A stretch of DNA of 64,000 nt from an uncultured Patescibacteria group bacterium (lineage in GTDB: Bacteria; Patescibacteriota; Patescibacteriia; Veblenbacterales; UBA10138). The notes under the pieces were generated by a model. It was not told the origin of the DNA. It searched no databases and saw only the letters and a list, made by a program, of their open reading frames with translations. Made by a program: the position numbers and the translations under genes. Below, in pieces: positions 10,421-18,712 of this stretch. The stretch is from the NCBI GenBank assembly GCA_937929825.1, contig CALFUV010000012.1, positions 44 to 64,043 on the forward strand. Reading direction: 5' to 3'. Every line of letters starts with the position of its first letter. Position 1 is the stretch's first letter.

Positions 10421-11842
10421 TCAAATACAATTAGTAATTTTTGGATTGCAGGTTTTGGGCGGTAGATTAACTGGCTCTAGGTGATCAGATGAAGGTAAAA
10501 CTGTAAAGCTACCGGTGTACATACCCATAGAACAATGAAAGATCAACTGTCCTGAACGCTGGGGCGTAAATTCAATCACATTAAGACCGGGTTTGATAAA
10601 AGTATTAATATTATAGGCTGGTAATTGTAGTAAACTTTGACAACCATATGTATTAACGCCATTTATCTCCCAACGTACCGGCAAGCCAGCTTGTACAGTA
10701 AATCTATTGGGTGAATAGCCTCGCGCCACTACATCCATTTTTACAACTTGTGTCCGGCCATCCCAGAAAACGTTGGGGTCTGTTATAGTCACACCTTGAC
10801 GGCTGGTGGCAATTTTAAAATTATCACGAGCGGATGCTAGAACAATATTTAAACCAGCCAAATTCAAACCATAACCTAAATTTACCAAACCCAAAGCTAC
10901 CACTAAGACGCCAGCTATCGTAGCTATAAATGCTTGTTGCCTAACTTTAAACCAACTGGTTATTAACCCCAGTCCAACTAAGGCTGGTAGTGTACCTAAA
11001 GCAAAAACAAACATAATAATACCGCCCAGCATAGGCTTACCGATTGTTAAAACGTAAAGTTGCAAGGCTTGGGTAAAACCGCAAGGTAGAAAAAAAGTGG
11101 CTGCGCCTAAAAAGAATGGTGCCCAAGCTTTAGGGTTACCAGCCGCATCATGTAATTTATGGTAAATTAATTTAGGTGGACGAATACTTAGATGGGAAAA
11201 CCAAGGAAAAATATTCAAAAGTTTTAAACCTAAAATAATCATAGCTAAACTGGCTAACAAAGTAACAAAACCGTTAGCTCGCGATGATAATGTCAAGGCT
11301 GAACCTAATGCCCCTACAACCGCACCTAAAACAGCATAAGATACTAGCCTACCTATGTTAAAAAATATGTGAGGTCTAAATCTTTGCCAGCTATTACTGC
11401 TGGCGTGTTTTTTGGAATAATTAACGGAAATAGCCACTAACAAACCGCCAGTCACAGCCATACAACTGGATACAGCAGCTACTAAACCCATAACAAAAAC
11501 AACGATTAAAGAAAGATCTTGTCCAGCGCTTATATTAGGCGCTAAATTAAAACGACGAAATAAAACATAAATAGCCGTAATCACAAGTACTAACCCTCCC
11601 AAACGATACCAATTAAAAGCAACCGGCGTGCTAGTGGTCTTAATTTGATAACCATGATCCGCAATTCTTTGGTTAATAATGTTTATATCTGGTTCCTGTT
11701 GGCACCAAACCGATACCCAACCAGCACTATTAGCTTTAACCTTCTCTACTCCAGGTAAAATACGGAACTCGCGTTCTATAAACACTTCACAAGCTGAACA
11801 GTGCATACCAGAAACCTGATAAGTTTTTTTTATTAAAGACAT
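10421..11842 (-). CDS. HMA + DsbD_2/TauE-like membrane domain + cupredoxin-like domain protein
   Basis: [34 protein letters not shown]-terminal CSMGMY. Confidence 0.85.
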   Translation of the reverse strand: MSLIKKTYQVSGMHCSACEVFIEREFRILPGVEKVKANSAGWVSVWCQQEPDINIINQRIADHGYQIKTTSTPVAFNWYRLGGLVLVITAIYVLFRRFNLAPNISAGQDLSLIVVFVMGLVAAVSSCMAVTGGLLVAISVNYSKKHASSNSWQRFRPHIFFNIGRLVSYAVLGAVVGALGSALTLSSRANGFVTLLASLAMIILGLKLLNIFPWFSHLSIRPPKLIYHKLHDAAGNPKAWAPFFLGAATFFLPCGFTQALQLYVLTIGKPMLGGIIMFVFALGTLPALVGLGLITSWFKVRQQAFIATIAGVLVVALGLVNLGYGLNLAGLNIVLASARDNFKIATSRQGVTITDPNVFWDGRTQVVKMDVVARGYSPNRFTVQAGLPVRWEINGVNTYGCQSLLQLPAYNINTFIKPGLNVIEFTPQRSGQLIFHCSMGMYTGSFTVLPSSDHLEPVNLPPKTCNPKITNCI

Positions 11843-11848
11843 AAATAA

Positions 11849-12310
11849 TTATTTCTTACCCTGCCTATTTTTCTTAAACTCTCTGACACAACCTGCGCCG
11901 CAAAAATAATACCTTTTTCCACCAAAAAAATAACTTTGGGCTGCATTAGCTGGTGTTAATTTCATACCACAAATCGGATCTATAACTAATTGAAGAGAAT
12001 ATGCAGCGCGTGCTATCTCCCCGCCAAAAGTCTTCATCAATATAGCTCGCACCAATTCCAAAGCACGGGTAAAATTAGGATGAGCTAAACTATAATAAAT
12101 TTCCTTACCCCGACGCTTTGTTACTACCACACCTTGACGGCGTAAAACCATCAAATGTTGTGAAATATTAGCCTGTCTAATACCAAGCATTCTTTCCATT
12201 TGCGAAACAGTCAACTGTCCTTGACTTAAAAGCTGTGCCACCTCCAAACGTTTAGGATTAGCCAAAGCCTTCATCAATAGGGCTTGACGTTGGAAAACTT
12301 TTTGAAACAT
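11849..12310 (-). CDS. ArsR/SmtB regulator fused to a YHS/TRASH metal-binding domain
   Basis: KALANPKRL, ISQHLMVLR, RRGKEIYYSL; C-terminal DPICGM...YYFCGAGC; ATG at 12310 preferred to TTG at 12316. Confidence 0.85.
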   Translation of the reverse strand: MFQKVFQRQALLMKALANPKRLEVAQLLSQGQLTVSQMERMLGIRQANISQHLMVLRRQGVVVTKRRGKEIYYSLAHPNFTRALELVRAILMKTFGGEIARAAYSLQLVIDPICGMKLTPANAAQSYFFGGKRYYFCGAGCVREFKKNRQGKK

Positions 12311-12328
12311 ATTCAATTATTAGAATAT
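12309..12328. promoter_or_regulatory. Candidate ArsR operator at the start codon of the ArsR-YHS gene
   Basis: ATATTC-N8-GAATAT inverted repeat. Confidence 0.4.
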
Positions 12329-12368
12329 ATAGTTTAAGATAAAATGTCAACAGCTATTAAAATTAATA

Positions 12369-12833
12369 TCACCTCAACCAAGGATATTTGCCCACCAATT
12401 TGGTACGCGACCACCAATTTTCAAAAGGATAAACTGCAATATAAACCATTAATAAAGCATATATAATATGCTCGTCTAGCAACGGATTATTTACCGGTGG
12501 CAATAAAGCCAAATACATTAATAACATCAAAATAACTCCCCCACCAGCCACCAAACGCAACATCACACCAAATATCAAACCCAAACCAATACCAAATAAA
12601 CCTAACATAAAAAGCCAATCAATAAATTGATTGCCGACTAGACTTTGGTAATACTGAACTAGCGGTCCACGGGTGGCAAATTGCAAAAAACCAGCTGTTG
12701 GTGAAGCTCCTGTCAACCAAGCCCGTTCAGGGGCCGTGGCAAATCCCAAACCAAAAAGTTTATCAAAAAAAGCCCAGAGAAAAATAAAACCTAAAGACAA
12801 GCGTAAAATGAATAGTATTTTTTTATGATTCAT
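12369..12833 (-). CDS. DoxX family membrane protein
   Basis: LRLSLGFIFLWAFFDKLFG, NNPLLDEHIIY. Confidence 0.8.
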   Translation of the reverse strand: MNHKKILFILRLSLGFIFLWAFFDKLFGLGFATAPERAWLTGASPTAGFLQFATRGPLVQYYQSLVGNQFIDWLFMLGLFGIGLGLIFGVMLRLVAGGGVILMLLMYLALLPPVNNPLLDEHIIYALLMVYIAVYPFENWWSRTKLVGKYPWLR

Positions 12834-12930
12834 ATATTTGCTTTATTTAATTAATCAAAAAGGCATTTAATTCTATCTACCACTTCATAATCTAATTTTC
12901 TTATCAATATTTTAATCATTATTTTACATC

Positions 12931-14412
12931 TTATGAAGATGATATTAAATCTGCGGCAATTCTGCCTGATTCTAAAATTGTCGGTAAACCGCTACCGGGA
13001 TGAGTTCCCCCGCCAACTAAATATAAATTATCCAAATCATTAAATTTATTATGGGGCCTTAAATACAGCATTTGTGAAACTGCATGCGCCAGGTTAAAAA
13101 CCGCGCCTTCATGGACATGAAGTTGATCACGCCAATCAAGGGGTGTAATTATTCTTTCCACCTCAATACGTTTACTAATATCTTTAATCTCAGTTCGCTG
13201 TTCAATCTTACTTATAATTAAATCACGATATGATTGCTTTTCTTTTTGCCAGTCTATATTAGCGCTCAAATTAGGTACCGGTACTAATACATAAATAGTG
13301 CTTTTATCGGGTGGAGCCAGAGTTTTGTCAGTCACACAAGCGTTTTGCAAATAAAAAGCCGGATCCTGCGGCAAGATTTTTAGTTTAGAAATTTCATCTA
13401 AGTTTCTTCGATAATCACTGCCAAAAAAAATATTATGATGAGGCAAATCAAAAGTCCCATCAATTCCCAAATACAACATAAAAGTAGAACAAGAATAAGA
13501 CATTTTTGCTAATTTATCATTATTAAAAGAAGGTCTATCTTCCTCATTCAATAAACTTTTCATACCATAAGCAAAATCGGTATTCATAATTACTTCATCA
13601 GCTAAAATTTTTTCACCGTCAGCTAATTCTAAACCTATAGCTCTACCATTATGCGTTAAAATTTTATTGACCTGTCGAGAAAGATGAATAACCCCGCCTT
13701 CTTCTTTTAATATCCTAGCCATTACTTGCGAAAGTTGATGCACTCCGCCGCGATAATGAGCTATACCATAAGCGTGTTCCATAAAAGGCAAAATAGTAAA
13801 AGTACCGGGACATTCCCAAGGAGACATACCTAAGTACTTAGCCTGAAAGGCCATAGACCATTTCAAATCTTCTGACTGGAAAAAGTCACTTAAAACAGAC
13901 ATAACAGAACGATGAGCTTGGATATATCTAAAAGCCTTAATAATTTTACTGTTAAAATAACTCCAAGGTGTTTGATATGGCATTTTCAAACAATCTATCA
14001 CCCGCTCTGTTTTTATTTTATGAAACTTAAACCATTTCTCATAACCTGACCATTCCCCGGGAAAAACTCTGTCAAATTCTTTTTTTAACTCAGTTTTATC
14101 ATAATGAACCACAAAATCCTTACCATTGCCATAACGCAATCGGTAAAGAATATTTAATTGTTTAATATCTAATTCCTTTTCATAAATTCGACCAGACAAA
14201 GAAAAAATATCAGCAAAAGCTTGAGGCAACATAACAAAAGTCGGGCCAACATCAAAAGTGTAACCCTGGACTTTTAAGGGCGAATTTCGTCCGCCAACTT
14301 CTGGCCGACGTTCAAAAATTTGAACACTGTGACCACGATGAGCCAAAATCATACCAGCAGCCAAACCTCCCGGCCCAGCGCCAATAATAGCGATTTTTTT
14401 CTTATTAAACAT
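12931..14412 (-). CDS. Phytoene/diapophytoene desaturase family FAD oxidoreductase (CrtI/CrtN-like)
   Basis: GAGPGGL, FDVGPT, SCSTFMLYLG, YVLVPVP, GGGTHPGSGLPTILESG. Confidence 0.88.
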   Translation of the reverse strand: MFNKKKIAIIGAGPGGLAAGMILAHRGHSVQIFERRPEVGGRNSPLKVQGYTFDVGPTFVMLPQAFADIFSLSGRIYEKELDIKQLNILYRLRYGNGKDFVVHYDKTELKKEFDRVFPGEWSGYEKWFKFHKIKTERVIDCLKMPYQTPWSYFNSKIIKAFRYIQAHRSVMSVLSDFFQSEDLKWSMAFQAKYLGMSPWECPGTFTILPFMEHAYGIAHYRGGVHQLSQVMARILKEEGGVIHLSRQVNKILTHNGRAIGLELADGEKILADEVIMNTDFAYGMKSLLNEEDRPSFNNDKLAKMSYSCSTFMLYLGIDGTFDLPHHNIFFGSDYRRNLDEISKLKILPQDPAFYLQNACVTDKTLAPPDKSTIYVLVPVPNLSANIDWQKEKQSYRDLIISKIEQRTEIKDISKRIEVERIITPLDWRDQLHVHEGAVFNLAHAVSQMLYLRPHNKFNDLDNLYLVGGGTHPGSGLPTILESGRIAADLISSS

Positions 14413-14417
14413 ATAAA

Positions 14418-15629
14418 TTAATCTTTAATAAATTTTTTAAATTCTTCTACATATCTGCGCATATCCGGCAAAAGAACAGCTTGTGGATTACAACGTAAAA
14501 CCATGCCATCTAAATACATGTGGCTTTTAATAATATCATACATCCCTGTACCAAATCTCATACCCATAATAACCCCCAATCTAATTGTCTCCATCATTTT
14601 TTGGGTGAGACTTACCTCACTTACACTAGCTCCTTTAAAACCTTCATATAATTTAAAAAATCTGACTTTAAATTCCTTAAATTTTTCTGGAGAAAGAACA
14701 ACTTCAGACATTGATTGTAAATACTCAGCCGACTGTTCGTAATCATATTGACTTAAGGCATCAAAAAAATTTAATAAACCAACTCGCAACTTTTTTTCCA
14801 CCTGGCCAATATAACCAGCATCAACAAAATAAAATTTATCGTTTTGTAAAATAATATTTCCAGGATGTATATCGCCATGGAAAATACCTTCAGCGTAAGT
14901 GTAAAAACCCTGAATTTTAAAAAATTCCAACAGTTGATCATATTTTAATTGTCTTTTCTCAAGAAGTTCATCTAAAGTTGGTCCGTTCAAAAATTCTGTA
15001 ACCAAAACTCTGCTATTAGAAAATTCTTCATAAACTACTGTTTTACCCAAATGTCTTAAATCAAAATAATCACGCCATTTGTCCGCAATATTTCCCAAAA
15101 GCTTATAGCCTCTGGCTTCATTTCTAAGATCAAGCTCTGCTAAGGTTGTTTTCTCAATTTGACCAATTAATTCACTGGGGTTAGCAACACCTTTTAATTT
15201 TGGATAAACTGCCAAAGCTATTTTTAATAAACGCCGTACTTGTTTAACTTCTTTTTTAAAATCACTAGCAACATCAGCTTTTAATAATTTTACAGCGACC
15301 TCTTGACCACTTGCTAAAACAGCCCTATGAACCTGTCCAACTGAAGCCGAAGCCACCGGTAAATTATTAAAAGAAATAAAATTATCTTTAAAACCAGGCG
15401 GCGCATTTTTACTCAATAATATCTCCACTTCAGTAACCGACACCGGTGTGGTACTACGGTAAAGTTTAGCCAAAGAACGACAAGCTTCCTCGCTTAAAAA
15501 ATCAGGCCTTAAGGCAAACATTTGCCCTATCTTTACAGCTAACAAACCGAGATTTTCTATCTTATTGGTATTAGGTATCGGCTGGCCGAATATTTCCCTG
15601 AGTAATTGATAAAATCTAATAGCATTCAT
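14418..15629 (-). CDS. ABC1/AarF/UbiB-family atypical kinase
   Basis: VKIGQMFALRPD, ASASVGQVHRA, VAVK, ELDLRNEA, FHGDIHPGN, VDAG. Confidence 0.9.
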   Translation of the reverse strand: MNAIRFYQLLREIFGQPIPNTNKIENLGLLAVKIGQMFALRPDFLSEEACRSLAKLYRSTTPVSVTEVEILLSKNAPPGFKDNFISFNNLPVASASVGQVHRAVLASGQEVAVKLLKADVASDFKKEVKQVRRLLKIALAVYPKLKGVANPSELIGQIEKTTLAELDLRNEARGYKLLGNIADKWRDYFDLRHLGKTVVYEEFSNSRVLVTEFLNGPTLDELLEKRQLKYDQLLEFFKIQGFYTYAEGIFHGDIHPGNIILQNDKFYFVDAGYIGQVEKKLRVGLLNFFDALSQYDYEQSAEYLQSMSEVVLSPEKFKEFKVRFFKLYEGFKGASVSEVSLTQKMMETIRLGVIMGMRFGTGMYDIIKSHMYLDGMVLRCNPQAVLLPDMRRYVEEFKKFIKD

Positions 15630-15757
15630 GTAGTAAATAAATTATATCATTACTGTAATTTTGTAAAATTAACATAAAGTGCACTTTATTTAAATTTACC
15701 AAAATGATATAATAAATAATAATAATTAACTTAATAATTTATTTATACAAAATATAT

Positions 15758-15979
15758 ATGCAAAAAAATATTGGCTCAACTGACAAAATTATTCGCCTTA
15801 TTATTGCTATATTCGCTGCTATCTTAGGTTATTTGATTAACCCTTGGTTTTACGTGTTAACAGTTATTGCTTTATTTACAGCTTTTATTGGCTGGTGTGG
15901 TTTATATCAATTATTGGGCATAAATACCTGTCCAATAAAATCAAATGATCAGATCAAGAATAATGAAGCCAATAAATAA
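15758..15979 (+). CDS. DUF2892/YgaP-like small membrane protein
   Basis: KNIGSTDKIIR...GWCGLYQLLGINTC. Confidence 0.85.
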   Translation: MQKNIGSTDKIIRLIIAIFAAILGYLINPWFYVLTVIALFTAFIGWCGLYQLLGINTCPIKSNDQIKNNEANK

Positions 15980-16008
15980 TGTCACAATCTGTTAATGTCA
16001 CAATCTGT
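15977..16008 (+). repeat. Perfect 16-bp tandem duplication TAATGTCACAATCTGT x2
   Basis: Copies at 15977-15992 and 15993-16008. Confidence 0.9.
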
Positions 16009-16780
16009 TGAAATATTAAAATCACTTCTTAAAAAACAAGCCAAAATGGTTGCCATGCTGGCGCCTTCTTTTCCGATAGTCTATGAATATCCGCATATTA
16101 TAAACCAACTAAAAAAATTAGGATTTTCTTATGTAGTTGAGGTGGCGGCTGGAGCTAAAACAACCAACCAAGAAGTGCTTAAGGCTTTAAGTAGTGATCC
16201 AAAGGCTCGTTTTATTGCCAGCCCCTGCCCCAGTTTTGTTAGATTGGTAAGAACAAAATATCCCAAGCTGATTCCTTACTTAGCTTTGGCTGCTGATTCG
16301 CCTATGATAGCAACTGCCAAAATAGTGAAGAAAAAATATCCGGGTTATAAACCGGTATTTATTGGTCCATGCTTGGCAAAAAAATTGGAGGCTGGCGAAG
16401 ATTACCCTGAACTTGATATTTTAACTATTACTTATAAAGAGCTAAATGATTTGATTACAGAATTTGAGCTAGCAGATAAAGTGTATAAAAATACATTTGT
16501 TGATTTTGATATTAGCGAAAAATCTACTCGTCTATATCCAACCGATGGCGGCTTAACCGACACCAGCGGTTTAAAAAAAATTCTTAATCAGGAAGAAATA
16601 AGAATAGTTTCCGGCTGGCAAGAATGTTCACAAGCTTTGGAAGAATTTCAAAATAACACAAAAATCAGATTTATGGACGTACTTTTTTGTAAAGGGGGCT
16701 GTATTAATGGTCCGGGTATAGTAAGCGATCTTTCAATAGAAGAAAGAAAGAAAAAAATATTAGCCTTTGCTAATAAATAA
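15995..16780 (+). CDS. Minimal [FeFe]-hydrogenase H-domain protein
   Basis: LAPSF, ASPCPS (L1), GPCLAKKLEA (L2), DVLFCKGGCINGPG (L3); no accessory ferredoxin domain. Confidence 0.8.
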   Translation: MSQSVEILKSLLKKQAKMVAMLAPSFPIVYEYPHIINQLKKLGFSYVVEVAAGAKTTNQEVLKALSSDPKARFIASPCPSFVRLVRTKYPKLIPYLALAADSPMIATAKIVKKKYPGYKPVFIGPCLAKKLEAGEDYPELDILTITYKELNDLITEFELADKVYKNTFVDFDISEKSTRLYPTDGGLTDTSGLKKILNQEEIRIVSGWQECSQALEEFQNNTKIRFMDVLFCKGGCINGPGIVSDLSIEERKKKILAFANK

Positions 16781-16807
16781 AAATTCAATTCAGATTCCTA
16801 TTTAATA

Positions 16808-16839
16808 AAAATCACTTCGCTTATTCATGAAGTGATTTT
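16808..16839. terminator. Bidirectional terminator between the hydrogenase-like gene and tRNA-Trp
   Basis: AAAATCACTTC-N10-GAAGTGATTTT. Confidence 0.6.
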
Positions 16840-16840
16840 A

Positions 16841-16914
16841 TGGCAGGGGCGGTAGGAATCGAACCCACGTCATCGGTTTTGGAGACCGAGGTCCTGCCAC
16901 TGAACGACGCCCCC
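16841..16914 (-). tRNA. tRNA-Trp(CCA), CCA encoded
   Basis: TCGGT-CTCCAAA-ACCGA anticodon arm, TTCGATT T-loop, GCCA end. Confidence 0.96.
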
Positions 16915-16933
16915 AAATCTAAAAACAGCTAAA

Positions 16934-17089
16934 CTACTTGGTCTCCTTATGTAATATGTGTTTTTTACACCACTGGCAATGCTTACGTATTTCCAGTCGC
17001 GTTTTTACCTTCTTTTTATTACGAAAAGTATGATAAGTTACCCGATGGCAATCAGAACACTCAAGTTTAATCAAATTATCTTGTGACAT
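16934..17089 (-). CDS. rpmG: 50S ribosomal protein L33, Zn-ribbon type (below the ORF-track cutoff)
   Basis: MSQDNLIKLECSDCHRVTYHTFRNKKKVKTRLEIRKHCQWCKKHILHKETK; typical position before tRNA-Trp. Confidence 0.95.
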   Translation of the reverse strand: MSQDNLIKLECSDCHRVTYHTFRNKKKVKTRLEIRKHCQWCKKHILHKETK

Positions 17090-17123
17090 AAATTTAATAA
17101 ATAATAACTATTAATATGAATAT

Positions 17124-17198
17124 TGGAGCCAGCGGTCGGATTTGAACCGACGACCTACTGTTTACAAAACAGTTGCTCTACCACTGAGCTACGCTGGC
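17124..17198 (-). tRNA. tRNA-Thr(TGT), CCA encoded
   Basis: ACTGT-TTTGTAA-ACAGT anticodon arm; GCCAGCG/CGCTGGC acceptor. Confidence 0.96.
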
Positions 17199-17218
17199 TA
17201 ATAGCACAGTTAATCAAC

Positions 17219-17334
17219 ATGGTGTGGCTTTACAACGCCGTTAGAAACTATTTTAGCAGAAATGTTTGAAAAAATTCAATCGCTCCGCCCTGCCGCCCAC
17301 GAATTGGCTTCAAAAAAGCCGTCTTGTTTTGTAG
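17219..17334 (+). mobile_element. Putative collapsed remnant of a tRNA-targeting integrative element
   Basis: TGGTG (= tRNA 3' CACCA) at both ends; 22-nt segment 19/22 identical to the sequence abutting tRNA-Lys. Confidence 0.4.
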
Positions 17335-17421
17335 TGGTGGGTGGGGAGGGATTCGAACCCCCGAAGCCACGAGGGCAACTGGTTTACAGCCAGTCCCGTT
17401 TGACCACTTCGGTACCCACCC
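17335..17421 (-). tRNA. tRNA-Tyr(GTA), long variable arm, CCA encoded
   Basis: ACTGG-CTGTAAA-CCAGT anticodon arm; GCC-CTCGT-GGC variable arm. Confidence 0.96.
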
Positions 17422-17565
17422 AAAAAATAATTAAACTTTATATTTTTATATTTAAGTTAACAGATATTTATTGACTAATATATTTAATCAGCTCTAAAAA
17501 CTTTTTACAATAATATAATTCGCTGATAGTTTTTACATGAATAGCCCTTAAGTTCATCTGCCCAG

Positions 17566-17638
17566 AGCCGTTGCGCGGATTTGAACCGCGGACCTACTCC
17601 TTACCATGGAGTTGCTCTACCAACTGAGCTACAACGGC
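17566..17638 (-). tRNA. tRNA-Thr(GGT), CCA not encoded, inside an extended inverted repeat
   Basis: ACTCC-ATGGTAA-GGAGT anticodon arm; GCCGTTG/CAACGGC acceptor; flanks TCTGCCCAGA/TCTGGGCAGA. Confidence 0.94.
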
Positions 17639-17766
17639 TCTGGGCAGACGTCACTTTTGCAAAATAACTGTCACCAATTTATTATTTTAAAAAACAATAC
17701 TTTATAATTAATTATCAATAAATATAATTATTAAGCTTAAATTAATAAAAATACACCAAGGTAAAA

Positions 17767-18708
17767 CTATTTTTTACCAACAGGTAAACCAAAATTAGTG
17801 CTGCGTTTTTTACGTAATACTTTTTGAGGTTTTTGCTTATCTTCCAAAATTCTAATCTCACGCGCAAACTCAGCAATTTTTTGATTATCTGGATTTGCTT
17901 GTTTTAAAGATTCCAAAGCTCGCCGCGCCTCGTTTGGTTGCCCATTCAATATACTGACTTCTATATAAAAGTCAAGTATCTTAGGATTCTGTGGCTCTAT
18001 TTTTAATGCCTCTTTAAGATATTTGATAGCTTGATTATAATCACCTAATTGCCTAAAAATATCAGCTAATTCCAATCTTGGCTGAACAACACTAGTAAGC
18101 TGTAAGGCGTTAATATATTCATCACGAGCTTCTTCAAGACGACCCTGCCCTGTAGCTGCTCGCGCCATACCTATACTTGATGCAGCTGCTCGTCCGTGCC
18201 TTAAGAGAAACTCATAAACTTCTCGAGCTGATTCATAGTCTCGCTGTTCAAGATATACTTCACCCAAACCATGATAAGCAGACAGTTGGCGTTTGTCTAG
18301 TTTGATGACTTCCAAATAAAATTTTTCCGCCTTTTCATAATCCTCCTTTTTTAGAGCAATTTCTGCTTCAGCTAAATAGTCAGCAATTGTTCTTTGCGGT
18401 GAATTTTTCTCATCTAAAGCCTGTTTTAAAAAATCTTCCAGCTCATTAAGTTTATGTAAGATTGATTTTGTTGAATTAACTGCGTTATGAAAATTATTAT
18501 TGGAACGGTTAAATAATCTTTGTCTAATTTTAATAAATTGTCTTTTTAAACGATTAGCAATTAACTGTAATCTTACATTTTGTTGCTCAAACTTGCTTAC
18601 CTCTGAAGGGTTGGTAATCCGCAATATCGGCAATTTGCGTATTATTAAAAATAATAAAGCCGCTAGCCCACTAATAATTAAAAAAAATAGGCTTATATTT
18701 ATTAACAT
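17767..18708 (-). CDS. Membrane-anchored tetratricopeptide repeat protein
   Basis: N-terminal TM helix; TPR repeats such as AEKFYLEVIKLD..AYHGLGEVY and AIKYLKEALKIEP. Confidence 0.85.
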   Translation of the reverse strand: MLINISLFFLIISGLAALLFLIIRKLPILRITNPSEVSKFEQQNVRLQLIANRLKRQFIKIRQRLFNRSNNNFHNAVNSTKSILHKLNELEDFLKQALDEKNSPQRTIADYLAEAEIALKKEDYEKAEKFYLEVIKLDKRQLSAYHGLGEVYLEQRDYESAREVYEFLLRHGRAAASSIGMARAATGQGRLEEARDEYINALQLTSVVQPRLELADIFRQLGDYNQAIKYLKEALKIEPQNPKILDFYIEVSILNGQPNEARRALESLKQANPDNQKIAEFAREIRILEDKQKPQKVLRKKRSTNFGLPVGKK

Positions 18709-18712
18709 TATT

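Noticed and set aside
17262-17474. 70-aa ORF on the plus strand as a real gene
   Set aside because: Mostly the antisense of tRNA-Tyr (GFEPP pattern); only its first part is discussed, as a scar
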